A stretch of 64,000 nt of DNA, taken from Patescibacteria group bacterium. Its GTDB lineage: Bacteria > Patescibacteriota > Patescibacteriia > UBA9570. The notes beneath the pieces were generated by a model. The model was not told the DNA's origin, did no database searches, and was given only the letters and a program-made list of their open reading frames with translations. Positions 9,531 to 19,564 of the stretch are shown here, piece by piece (the first letter of the stretch is position 1; each line of letters opens with the position of its first letter). The DNA lies in contig JBAYIY010000003.1 in assembly GCA_041665365.1 (NCBI GenBank), positions 4,260 through 68,259 of the forward strand. The letters run 5' to 3'. Made by a program: the position numbers and the translations under genes.

Positions 9531-10430
9531 ATGTATAAATATATTGCCAGTATCTTGTTCGCAGCCACAGTGGCTGTGCCAGCTTTAGCTAATACACAAC
9601 CGGCCGCAGTGCAGAATGTGGCTGTTGAAAAAAAATTTGCCCATCGGGTAAAACTCGATTGGTCAGATAGTCAGTTAGATACTGTGACCGGTTATCAAGT
9701 GCGCGTCATGAAACAGGCCAATAATCAGTTAGTGAAAAAAGTCCGGACACCAGAATCACAAGTTGTGGTTACAGAGTTACAACCAAACACGGCCTACAAA
9801 ATGCGTATTCGTACTATTGCCAGTGGTGAACTCGGTGATTATTCCGAACCAGTTGAAGTCACAACTAAACCGGTGGCATCTATTACTGTCACAGTTGATG
9901 GGTCTAATGTCAGTTGGGTAGTAGACGGTGATGCGGTGAATGGTTTCAAAGTAGTCTGGTCAAAAAATGAGCATCCAACTTATCCAACCAGAACGGGGGA
10001 TCAATATCAATATGTTAGTGCTGATACTAGTTTGGCTACTTTAACCAGTTTTGATGGTGCCGGTACTTATTATGTGCGGGTGTGTAATTATACTGGTAGT
10101 GGCTGTGGTGTTTATTCCAATGAAGTTACGGTTACTCTAGAGGCAACCAATGAAGTTGAAAGTATAGTTTTGAGTTATGTTGAGGGCAAGAAAGTATCTT
10201 GGGTAGCCGATGGTTATTCTGAGAATGGTTATAAATTAGTCTGGTCAAAGAATCCCCATCCAGAATATCCCACCCGCGATGGTGATTCATACACCTATTA
10301 TGGTGCCGATGCGACCTATGGTTATCTTAATGTCACTGAAGCCGGTACTTATTACGCTCGGGTTTGCACTTATGTAAATGGTGCCTGTGGCGTTTATTCC
10401 AATGAATTAACCTTGGATTTGGTAGAATAA
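9531..10430 (+). CDS. secreted protein: FN3 domain followed by two tandem ~95-aa repeats
   Basis: Signal peptide; FN3-like segment (..YQVRVMK..YKMRIRT); repeats VSWVVDG..VVWSKNEHPTYPTR..GTYYVRVCNYTGSGCGVYSNE and VSWVADG..LVWSKNPHPEYPTR..GTYYARVCTYVNGACGVYSNE. Confidence 0.55.
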   Translation: MYKYIASILFAATVAVPALANTQPAAVQNVAVEKKFAHRVKLDWSDSQLDTVTGYQVRVMKQANNQLVKKVRTPESQVVVTELQPNTAYKMRIRTIASGELGDYSEPVEVTTKPVASITVTVDGSNVSWVVDGDAVNGFKVVWSKNEHPTYPTRTGDQYQYVSADTSLATLTSFDGAGTYYVRVCNYTGSGCGVYSNEVTVTLEATNEVESIVLSYVEGKKVSWVADGYSENGYKLVWSKNPHPEYPTRDGDSYTYYGADATYGYLNVTEAGTYYARVCTYVNGACGVYSNELTLDLVE

Positions 10431-10455
10431 AAAATAGGAAACAAATATAAATAAA

Positions 10456-10503
10456 CAAAACTAACGTAGGGGTAATTCATGAATTACCCCTACGTTAGTT
10501 TTG
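10456..10503. repeat. 48-bp perfect palindrome CAAAACTAACGTAGGGGTAATTCA|TGAATTACCCCTACGTTAGTTTTG; intergenic copy of the IHELPL palindrome family
   Basis: Read directly from the sequence; its 30-bp core is identical to the in-CDS copy at 54484-54525. Confidence 0.7.
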
Positions 10504-10522
10504 TGTCTCTACTGGTTTTGAT

Positions 10523-10597
10523 ATATATTTGTTCTTGACCGATTAGAAAATTCATGATATCGTCATCTTGAAAGCGCTGAAAAGGGCGCTTTTTGTG
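10523..10597 (+). repeat. ~70-bp direct repeat, copy 1 (promoter-like TTGACC plus hairpin AGCGCTGAAAAGGGCGCT-T5); flanks the higBA-like module
   Basis: Near-identical (about 5 mismatches) to 11202-11275. Confidence 0.6.
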
Positions 10598-10602
10598 TTG
10601 TT

Positions 10603-10905
10603 ATGGAATTACATACCAAACCAATTGTTGAGGATTTTATTCAAAACCTAGAAACGTCTACAATGGCTAAAGTTTCTAGAACAATTGATTTATTAGAAAA
10701 ATTTCAATACTCATTAGGAATGCCGCATAGCAAAAGAATTGGCCGTAATATTTTTGAGTTACGAATTAGAGGTAAACAGGAAGTCAGATTAGTTTATACA
10801 TTTAAAGATGATTTTATCATTTTGTTTTATGGATTTATTAAGAAATCTAATCAAATTAATCAACGAAACCTAAACAATATCTACCATTTATTTGACAGTT
10901 TATAA
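10603..10905 (+). CDS. type II toxin, RelE/ParE superfamily (HigB/Gp49-like)
   Basis: 100 aa; motif ..GRNIFELRIRGKQEVRLVYTF.DDFIILFYGFIKKS is typical of HigB/Gp49 toxins; an HTH antitoxin follows. Confidence 0.6.
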   Translation: MELHTKPIVEDFIQNLETSTMAKVSRTIDLLEKFQYSLGMPHSKRIGRNIFELRIRGKQEVRLVYTFKDDFIILFYGFIKKSNQINQRNLNNIYHLFDSL

Positions 10906-10929
10906 CGTATAAGTTATAATCATTCTTAT

Positions 10930-11199
10930 ATGGAATATAAGAAATTTAAAGAAAGAGTATTACGTGATCCTGAGGTAAGAAAAGCCTACGATGCACTGGG
11001 ACCAGAGTTTGCTTTAATTGAATCTTTAATCTCTAAACGTATAGCCAAACAACTCACTCAAACAGCTTTGGCTAAAAAAATTAACACTAAACAATCTGCC
11101 ATCGCTCGGTTGGAGTCTGGGAAGTATAATCCCAGTTTAGCTTTTCTGAATAAAGTAGCCGTAGCATTAGATACCAGAGTAAAAATAACTATTGAGTAA
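10930..11199 (+). CDS. XRE-family HTH antitoxin (HigA-like)
   Basis: 89 aa; HTH motif LTQTALAKKINTKQSAIARLESGK; immediately downstream of the toxin. Confidence 0.65.
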   Translation: MEYKKFKERVLRDPEVRKAYDALGPEFALIESLISKRIAKQLTQTALAKKINTKQSAIARLESGKYNPSLAFLNKVAVALDTRVKITIE

Positions 11200-11201
11200 C
11201 T

Positions 11202-11275
11202 ATATTTCTTGACCGATCATAAAATTTATGATATCGTCATCTTGAAAGCGCTGAAAAGGGCGCTTTTTGCGTAGA
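11202..11275 (+). repeat. ~70-bp direct repeat, copy 2 (upstream of ftsK)
   Basis: Matches 10523-10597. Confidence 0.6.
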
Positions 11276-11308
11276 CGGCACCTTGAAAATATGATATAGT
11301 CCGAACCT

Positions 11309-13486
11309 ATGGCGAAGAAATCGAAAAGTGGAAAAGCTCGAGCTAGTGAGCCAATGATGGATCAAACCACCCGTCGTGGCGTGTTAAGTATCATTATTCT
11401 GGCCTTAGCTCTCATTACGATCTTGAGTTTATTCGGATTAGCCGGAACCATCGGTGTTTATTTCAATACCGGATTAACCACCGTAGTGGGATTAGGTCGA
11501 TATATAGTACCGATTTTGCTACTCATTGTTGTTTATCATTTATTGGCACCAAAAGACGCCGAATTGGAATTATCTCCATTATTTATCACAGGCATGGTAA
11601 TAATGGCGGTGGGTATCTTTGGCCTAATTGATATTGTTCAACCGCAAGCTGGTGGTTATGTGGGTACGGCTTTAACCTACCTGTTCAGAACTATGGCTAG
11701 TGTGGGGGTGGCGGTGGTAATATTCGTAGCCTTCATTCTCATTTCTATCCTGATTGTCTTTAATGCTTCATTGTTGAATATTATTCAGCACATTCCAGCA
11801 CGTACCATGTTAGGTAAGACACTGCGGTTTGTGGTTGCCTTTTTTGGTAGTGCTCGACAAAGATTAGCCATTGCTAAAGAAGAAGCCATGACTGAGGTCG
11901 AAGCAGTGGAGGAAATTCATGAATTGCCAACTGATGAACCTGAACCAGATTACACAGAAAATAGTGTCGATGCATTGGATGAAGAGATCATTGATACAGA
12001 AGAAGGTAAACAAATGAAACTAGTGCGCATACCAAAACATCATCGCAAGATCGATTTACCTTTAGATTTATTATCTAGTAATAAAGGTAAGCCGACCAGT
12101 GGTGATATTGAACACAATAAAGAGATAATTGTGCGCACACTGCAAAACTTTGGGATTGATGTTGAATTAGGCCCGGTCAGTGTTGGGCCAACTGTGACAC
12201 AATATAGTTTTCGTCCAGCCTCAGGTGTAAAAGTATCCCAAGTTGTTTCATTGCAAAATGATTTAGCTTTGGCCTTAGCGGCTCATCCAATTAGGATCGA
12301 AGCACCAATTCCTGGGAAATCATTAATTGGCGTGGAAGTACCAAATATTAAGGCAGCTCAAGTGGGGTTGCGAGAACTACTTGAATCAGATGAGTTTAGA
12401 CAACGTAAAACCAATCTAACTTTAGTGTTTGGTAAAGATGTCTCTGGTAAAGCCTTTGTTGGTGATCTAGCTGCCATGCCGCATATGTTAATTGCTGGTG
12501 CCACCGGTTCTGGAAAATCGGTTTGTATGAACACAGTGCTGATCAGTTTGCTTTATCAGAACGGACCCGATGATTTGAAGATCGTGTTAGTTGATCCAAA
12601 ACGAGTTGAGTTTAGTATGTACAATGACATTCCGCATTTACTGACACCAGTTATTACGGATGTGCAAAAAACCATCAATGCCTTACAGTGGACGGTAAAC
12701 GAAATGGATCGTAGATACGAAGTCCTCGCTCAAGCTAAAAAGCGTGATATTGCTGGCTATAATACAGCTCATCCTGAGCAAACTTTACCTTATATAGTGT
12801 TTGTGATTGATGAATTAGCTGATCTGATGGCCACAGCACCACGTGAGGTTGAAGCCGCGATTGTTCGTTTAGCTCAAATGGCTCGGGCAGTAGGTATTCA
12901 TTTGGTATTGGCTACGCAACGTCCGTCGGTTGATGTTATCACTGGGTTAATCAAAGCCAATATCACAACGCGCTGTGCCTTTTCAACCGCATCGGTGGTT
13001 GATTCACGCACCATTCTTGATATGTCTGGTGCCGAAAAACTATTAGGACGAGGGGACATGCTTTATATGAGTACCGACTCATCTAAGCCGCGTCGTTTAC
13101 AAGGTGCCTTTGTATCGGAAGAAGAGATTAGTCACGTGGTCACTTACTTAAAAGACAATGGTAAGCCGGATTACGATACTGAGGTGGTGGAACGGGGCAA
13201 GACCGGTGCCTTACCACAAGCCTTTATGGATAGCGAGGCCGATGATGAATTATTACCCGCTGCCAAAAAGGTGATTGTCGATTCACAGAAAGCCTCAGCA
13301 TCTTTACTGCAAAGACGTCTGCGGGTAGGGTATGCCCGAGCGGCGCGCTTACTGGATATTTTGGAAGAGCAAGGTTTTATTGGCCCGGCTGATGGTGCTA
13401 AACCACGTGAAATCATGTCCGTGTCTACTGACACAGATATTCCCACACCTGAAGCAGTTGACGAAGATGACACTACCAACGTTTAA
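11309..13486 (+). CDS. ftsK: DNA translocase FtsK/SpoIIIE
   Basis: N-terminal TM helices, an acidic linker, Walker A (GATGSGKSVCMN) and a gamma domain. Confidence 0.9.
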   Translation: MAKKSKSGKARASEPMMDQTTRRGVLSIIILALALITILSLFGLAGTIGVYFNTGLTTVVGLGRYIVPILLLIVVYHLLAPKDAELELSPLFITGMVIMAVGIFGLIDIVQPQAGGYVGTALTYLFRTMASVGVAVVIFVAFILISILIVFNASLLNIIQHIPARTMLGKTLRFVVAFFGSARQRLAIAKEEAMTEVEAVEEIHELPTDEPEPDYTENSVDALDEEIIDTEEGKQMKLVRIPKHHRKIDLPLDLLSSNKGKPTSGDIEHNKEIIVRTLQNFGIDVELGPVSVGPTVTQYSFRPASGVKVSQVVSLQNDLALALAAHPIRIEAPIPGKSLIGVEVPNIKAAQVGLRELLESDEFRQRKTNLTLVFGKDVSGKAFVGDLAAMPHMLIAGATGSGKSVCMNTVLISLLYQNGPDDLKIVLVDPKRVEFSMYNDIPHLLTPVITDVQKTINALQWTVNEMDRRYEVLAQAKKRDIAGYNTAHPEQTLPYIVFVIDELADLMATAPREVEAAIVRLAQMARAVGIHLVLATQRPSVDVITGLIKANITTRCAFSTASVVDSRTILDMSGAEKLLGRGDMLYMSTDSSKPRRLQGAFVSEEEISHVVTYLKDNGKPDYDTEVVERGKTGALPQAFMDSEADDELLPAAKKVIVDSQKASASLLQRRLRVGYARAARLLDILEEQGFIGPADGAKPREIMSVSTDTDIPTPEAVDEDDTTNV

Positions 13487-14141
13487 TCAGCGAGCGGTTA
13501 CCAATAGTGAAACGCTTGGTCAAAAATTGCGTCGTGTGCGTGAACAAAGTCGTTTCACTATTGCCGATATTAGCCAGCGTTTACAGATTAAAGCCGAATA
13601 CTTAACTGCGATTGAAGAGAGTCGGTATACAGATTTACCCAGTGCCGTATTTGTAAAAAATTATGTTCAGCGCTACGTAAAAATATTAGGAGTGAGTTTT
13701 ACTACAGTAGAACCATTGCTATTATCTGAACTAAAAGTTTACGAACGTCAACCAACCATTCCAACCTTAAAACGGTATTTGACCCAACGGCCATTACGTA
13801 TCTGGACAGTTGTCTTTGGGCTGTTAATGCTCTTCGTTGTGCTCGCCATTGGCACATATTTCGCACTGGAAATTAGCCATAGTATTGAGCCACCGGTAGT
13901 AACTTTAGAGACAATGCCGCCTAAAGTTGCCTACGTCGATCGAGTAATAACTGTGGCTGGACAAACCGTTCCGGAAGCGGTAGTGTCTATAAACGAACAA
14001 GTGATTCCAGTATTACCAGATGGTCGTTTTAGCCAACTAATGTCTCTCCAAGAAGGTAATAATATATTAAAAATTGAAGTTAAAACAAAACGCAGTCAGT
14101 CAAACATTCAGTACGTTCAAGTTTACGTTGATAAAAAATAA
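13467..14141 (+). CDS. membrane protein with N-terminal XRE-type HTH (RodZ-like architecture)
   Basis: HTH (LGQKLRRVREQSRFTIADISQRLQI), a single TM helix and a C-terminal extracytoplasmic domain. The start was chosen at ATG 13467; the upstream part of the ORF overlaps ftsK. Confidence 0.45.
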   Translation: MTLPTFNQRAVTNSETLGQKLRRVREQSRFTIADISQRLQIKAEYLTAIEESRYTDLPSAVFVKNYVQRYVKILGVSFTTVEPLLLSELKVYERQPTIPTLKRYLTQRPLRIWTVVFGLLMLFVVLAIGTYFALEISHSIEPPVVTLETMPPKVAYVDRVITVAGQTVPEAVVSINEQVIPVLPDGRFSQLMSLQEGNNILKIEVKTKRSQSNIQYVQVYVDKK

Positions 14142-14172
14142 TTAGGTAATTAATCAAACGACAATAAAATTT

Positions 14173-15231
14173 ATGACAAAAGCAACTAAAGTATCAGCTA
14201 ATAATCCAAGACAAAAAGCAGCCGAAACCGCCATTCAGCAGATCCGTGAGCGGTTCGGTGACAGTGCTATTATGAAGATGGGCGAGGCTAGCCAAATGCA
14301 AGTAGAAGCAATTCCAACTGGTTGTATCTCGCTAGATTTAGCCTTAGGCATTGGTGGCGTACCCAAAGGACGCGTGATCGAATTATATGGTCCTGAAGCA
14401 TCCGGAAAAACTACCTTGGCTCAACACATTGTGGCTGAAGTGCAGAAAAAAGGTGGTCTAGCTGCCTTTGTGGATGCGGAACATGCCCTCGACCCGGAAT
14501 ATGCCAAACGCATTGGTGTTAATGTCGAAGAATTATTAATTTCACAGCCAGATAGTGGTGAACAAGCCTTAGACATTGTAGAAACCTTAGTGCGGTCTGG
14601 TGGGGTAGACGTTATAGTGATTGATTCGGTCGCAGCGTTAACGCCAAAAGCTGAAATAGAAGGAGAGATGGGCGATATACAGATGGGTGCTCAGGCTCGC
14701 TTAATGAGCAAAGCATTACGTAAACTTACCCCGATTGTCAGTAAAAGTGGTACAACGGTAATATTTATTAATCAGGTTCGCCAAAAGATTGGTGTAATAT
14801 TTGGCAACCCAGAAACCACGACCGGTGGTACGGCCTTGAAGTTTTATGCCTCAGTGCGCATTGAAGTGCGGCGCTCAGCTCAAATTAAACAAGGGGATAG
14901 AATTATTGGTAACCGTGTTAAAGCCAAGATTGTAAAAAATAAAGTGGCCGCACCATTTAGAACTACTGAGTTTGATATCATGTACAACGAAGGTATTTCT
15001 TTGGCGGGTGATCTACTCGAAACTGGTGTCCAGTTTGGAGTGATCGAGAAATTAGGCAACAGCTATGTGTATAAAGAAGATAAATTAGGGGTGGGTCGTG
15101 AAACGGCCAAACAGTATTTACGGGAACGGCCAGAATTGATGGCTAAAATTAAAGTCGATATTTATTTAGCAGTCGCCCAAGGTGAAAAAGGTGCCATGGA
15201 TACGCCTGACCCTCAAGACGACGAGAAATAA
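14173..15231 (+). CDS. recA: recombinase RecA
   Basis: ..[20 protein letters not shown].. and full-length RecA similarity. Confidence 0.95.
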   Translation: MTKATKVSANNPRQKAAETAIQQIRERFGDSAIMKMGEASQMQVEAIPTGCISLDLALGIGGVPKGRVIELYGPEASGKTTLAQHIVAEVQKKGGLAAFVDAEHALDPEYAKRIGVNVEELLISQPDSGEQALDIVETLVRSGGVDVIVIDSVAALTPKAEIEGEMGDIQMGAQARLMSKALRKLTPIVSKSGTTVIFINQVRQKIGVIFGNPETTTGGTALKFYASVRIEVRRSAQIKQGDRIIGNRVKAKIVKNKVAAPFRTTEFDIMYNEGISLAGDLLETGVQFGVIEKLGNSYVYKEDKLGVGRETAKQYLRERPELMAKIKVDIYLAVAQGEKGAMDTPDPQDDEK

Positions 15232-15239
15232 AAAAAAAT

Positions 15240-15268
15240 GCACGGGACGAATAATATTCGTCCCGTGC
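15240..15268. terminator. bidirectional rho-independent terminator (14-bp perfect stem GCACGGGACGAATA / TATTCGTCCCGTGC)
   Basis: Flanked by an A8 run upstream and T-rich sequence downstream; lies between the convergent recA and 15294..15614. Confidence 0.65.
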
Positions 15269-15293
15269 ATTTATGCGATTTGCCGGTGTGGAT

Positions 15294-15614
15294 TTAAAAA
15301 TTGAATTTCCGGCTGAGGTCGTAAGCGACTGGGATTTTCCAATATTTGCCTTGTAGTGTATTGACGACGGCAATAACATCTAATACTAAGACAACGACGC
15401 CCAATAACCAGCCGATTACTGGAATGACAGAAATGAGTAAGGCCACGAACATTACAGCTCCTTGGCGAGCATGTTCTTGGCAGAACTTACTATCCTTTTT
15501 GGCTAACATTGGAATCAAGAACAAGATGCCAACATAGCTTAAACAAGCCATGACTTTGTTTTCCTCAACATCTTTGGGGTCAAACTTGACCTCGCTCATA
15601 TTTTTGTTATCCAT
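15294..15614 (-). CDS. small membrane protein, DUF4870-like
   Basis: 106 aa; two hydrophobic helices; ..ACLSYVGILFLIPMLAKKDSKFCQEHARQGAVMF.. resembles the DUF4870 family. Confidence 0.45.
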   Translation of the reverse strand: MDNKNMSEVKFDPKDVEENKVMACLSYVGILFLIPMLAKKDSKFCQEHARQGAVMFVALLISVIPVIGWLLGVVVLVLDVIAVVNTLQGKYWKIPVAYDLSRKFNF

Positions 15615-15662
15615 AATAATTTGGATTGATTACATTTATTAATAATAATTATTATAACACGT

Positions 15663-17584
<1,922 letters not shown>

Positions 17585-17634
17585 ACGTTTTAGTGGTTAG
17601 AGACATACCATGGTATGTCTTTACAAATTAGCTA

Positions 17635-17661
17635 GTTAGCACTCTCGGTATTTGAGTGCTA
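17635..17661 (-). promoter_or_regulatory. CIRCE operator (HrcA binding site): TTAGCACTC-N9-GAGTGCTAA, perfect consensus
   Basis: Exact match to the CIRCE consensus in the groES 5' region. Confidence 0.85.
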
Positions 17662-17664
17662 AAG

Positions 17665-17694
17665 TAGTGTAGCGAAAGGGGTTACTCCCTGTCA
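17665..17694 (-). promoter_or_regulatory. candidate groESL promoter TTGACA-18-TACACT (minus strand), immediately upstream of CIRCE
   Basis: Reverse complement of 17689-17694 is TTGACA and of 17665-17670 is TACACT. Confidence 0.5.
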
Positions 17695-18863
17695 AGCCGG
17701 TAAAACCAGCCAATAATTACGCACCAAATGAGGGTTAAACTGGGAATGGTCCAGAAATAATGATCAGTTATACCCAGTAATAATATCGCTAATAATAAGT
17801 ATGCGGCTGGTTTGGAAATGAGCTGGTTTTTATGTAAGATAACGGGGTATAAAATGAACCAATACCAAATAATAGCACCAAATACTCCCAGTTCGCCCAG
17901 AATCATCAGTGTGACATTATGAATTGGAGTTACTGTTTCACTGGTATATTGACCAATGCCAATACCGAGTGGCCAACGTTGTTTAAATACGGTGCTAAAT
18001 TCTTGTATTTGGTCTTGTCGTTCAGTGATAGAATTTTGTTCAACATAATTGGTCGCTGTTATACGGCTATTTATTAGTGGCCAATAAATAATCAAACAAA
18101 TAATTAATACTCCCAGACTACTAATAAGAAAATAAGGATCAATTTTTTTAGCGATAATCATTATTACCAGCATGACACACCAGACTAATAAAGCTGTTCG
18201 AGAAAAAGTTAAAATTAAACCTAATGTCATTACCGCACCAGGTACAGCTAGCCACCAGTATTTTTTCGAGAGATAAGCCGTTGCTATTAAGCATAATAAT
18301 ATTAAACCGCCGGTGATATTAGGGTGAGGCATTAGGCCATAAGCCCGTAACCAACGACCGGAATCTGTTAATACCACCGCCACACCAGAGGTAGCTGGTA
18401 GTTGACTGGCTACCCCGAGCCATTTATTCGGAATAACTTCCTGAAAAATGAATTGACTAATATTTGTAAAAGATTGGATACAACCAATTAAAGTAAAAGT
18501 ACCAAGCAACCAATCAGATTTTAGCGGAGATGTAGCGATAATGGCCATGAGCCATAAACCAAGAGCGAGATGTAGCCAATAATACAAGGCTAGATTTTGA
18601 TCGTGACCAAAATAGCTTGAGCCCGCCGCCACTATTAAAATGGCACATCCCAACAAACTGGCTAATAAATTTGGCTGTAGGGTTGTTTGGTGATACCAGT
18701 ACCATAACCACAACAAACCAACTATGACAATTAATATATCAAAACCATACAGAGCGATAATCGCGAACTGGTTTTGTGAAATTGTTAATATTAGGCGTGT
18801 TTGAAAGGGCAAAAAAAATATTAGGGTATATATGGCGACTTGAAGAACAACTGGTAGTTTCAT
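17682..18863 (-). CDS. polytopic membrane protein, O-antigen ligase/polymerase-like
   Basis: About 10 TM helices; family assignment is by overall topology only; start chosen at MKLPVV. Confidence 0.4.
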   Translation of the reverse strand: MKLPVVLQVAIYTLIFFLPFQTRLILTISQNQFAIIALYGFDILIVIVGLLWLWYWYHQTTLQPNLLASLLGCAILIVAAGSSYFGHDQNLALYYWLHLALGLWLMAIIATSPLKSDWLLGTFTLIGCIQSFTNISQFIFQEVIPNKWLGVASQLPATSGVAVVLTDSGRWLRAYGLMPHPNITGGLILLCLIATAYLSKKYWWLAVPGAVMTLGLILTFSRTALLVWCVMLVIMIIAKKIDPYFLISSLGVLIICLIIYWPLINSRITATNYVEQNSITERQDQIQEFSTVFKQRWPLGIGIGQYTSETVTPIHNVTLMILGELGVFGAIIWYWFILYPVILHKNQLISKPAAYLLLAILLLGITDHYFWTIPSLTLIWCVIIGWFYRLDRE

Positions 18864-18894
18864 CTTCTTATCATAACACAATCTAACCAGAATA

Positions 18895-18938
18895 CACCTT
18901 CCCAACCTTCCTATTGTAGGAAGGAGTAAGAAAGAAAA
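18895..18938 (+). repeat. member of the nested-hairpin repeat family (CACCTTCCCAACCTTCCTATTGTAGGAAGGAGTAAGAAAGAAAA)
   Basis: Shares the leader CACCT.CCCAACC, a hairpin, and the AGTAAGAAAGAAAA tail with copies at 28091, 43441 and 53382. Confidence 0.45.
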
Positions 18939-18978
18939 TGTAAACGGAATGGTGTGTTGCGGGGGTCCTTCGATAAAC

Positions 18979-19257
18979 TCAGGACGAGCTTTTTTTACTC
19001 AATTCCTTAAGTAGGACAATATTTTGTTGAATTAAGGCCATTTTTTTAGCACGTGACCAGCCTTTTATTTGTATTTCTCGTTTATGAGCCATGTCTCTAG
19101 AAGGATATTGTTCTTGATATACCATTCGTATGATGGTGAATTTTTTCGTAAAAAAAGAATCATGGTTTTTGTGTTCAAGAAGACGTTTTTTTATGTTATT
19201 CGTAATACCAGTATAAAATACAGTGTTATCGCATAACAAAATATATAATGTATACAT
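18979..19257 (-). CDS. GIY-YIG nuclease family protein (standalone, UPF0213-like)
   Basis: ..YILLCDNTVFYTGITNNIKKRLLEH.. and ..IQIKGWSRAKK.. motifs; 92 aa. Confidence 0.7.
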   Translation of the reverse strand: MYTLYILLCDNTVFYTGITNNIKKRLLEHKNHDSFFTKKFTIIRMVYQEQYPSRDMAHKREIQIKGWSRAKKMALIQQNIVLLKELSKKSSS

Positions 19258-19431
19258 AAAAGTACATAAGTTAAATAATGGTATTAATATTGATATTTTT
19301 CGTCCTCAACTAACCAAGGTATACTCCTGAAATGGCAATATCATTTGGCTAATTGGAGATATTTTTCTTCTATCCCTTCGACAAGCTCAGGATTGAAAGT
19401 TCACACTGAGCGAGCGAAGCGAGTCGAAGTG

Positions 19432-19503
19432 TTGCGGGGGCGGGATTCGAACCCGCGACCTGATGGTTATGAGCCACCCGAGCTTCCACTGCTCCACCCC
19501 GCG
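19432..19503 (-). tRNA. tRNA-Met (anticodon CAT), initiator-like (C1:A72 mismatch)
   Basis: Reverse complement CGCGGGGTGGAGCAGTGGAAGCTCGGGTGGCTCATAACCATCAGGTCGCGGGTTCGAATCCCGCCCCCGCAA folds as a cloverleaf and closely resembles E. coli tRNA-fMet; CCA is not encoded. Confidence 0.8.
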
Positions 19504-19517
19504 ATAAATGTGGCACT

Positions 19518-19546
19518 ATTGTACTGTGGACTAATCGTTATGTCAA
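19518..19546 (-). promoter_or_regulatory. candidate tRNA promoter TTGACA-17-TACAAT (minus strand)
   Basis: Consensus hexamers lie about 14 nt upstream of the tRNA 5' end. Confidence 0.5.
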
Positions 19547-19564
19547 TGTGCTATACTACACAAT

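Noticed and set aside
10535-10600. A specific sigma70 promoter assignment for higB within the 70-bp direct repeat
   Set aside because: TTGACC/TTGAAA -35-like boxes are present but no consistently spaced -10 hexamer is shared by the two repeat copies; reported only as promoter-like
18925-18943. AGGAG-N11-ATG followed immediately by TAA (a one-codon mini-ORF) in the repeat copy at 18895
   Set aside because: It is on the non-coding strand relative to the neighbouring genes and is part of a repeat-family consensus tail (AGTAAGAAAGAAAA); likely coincidental
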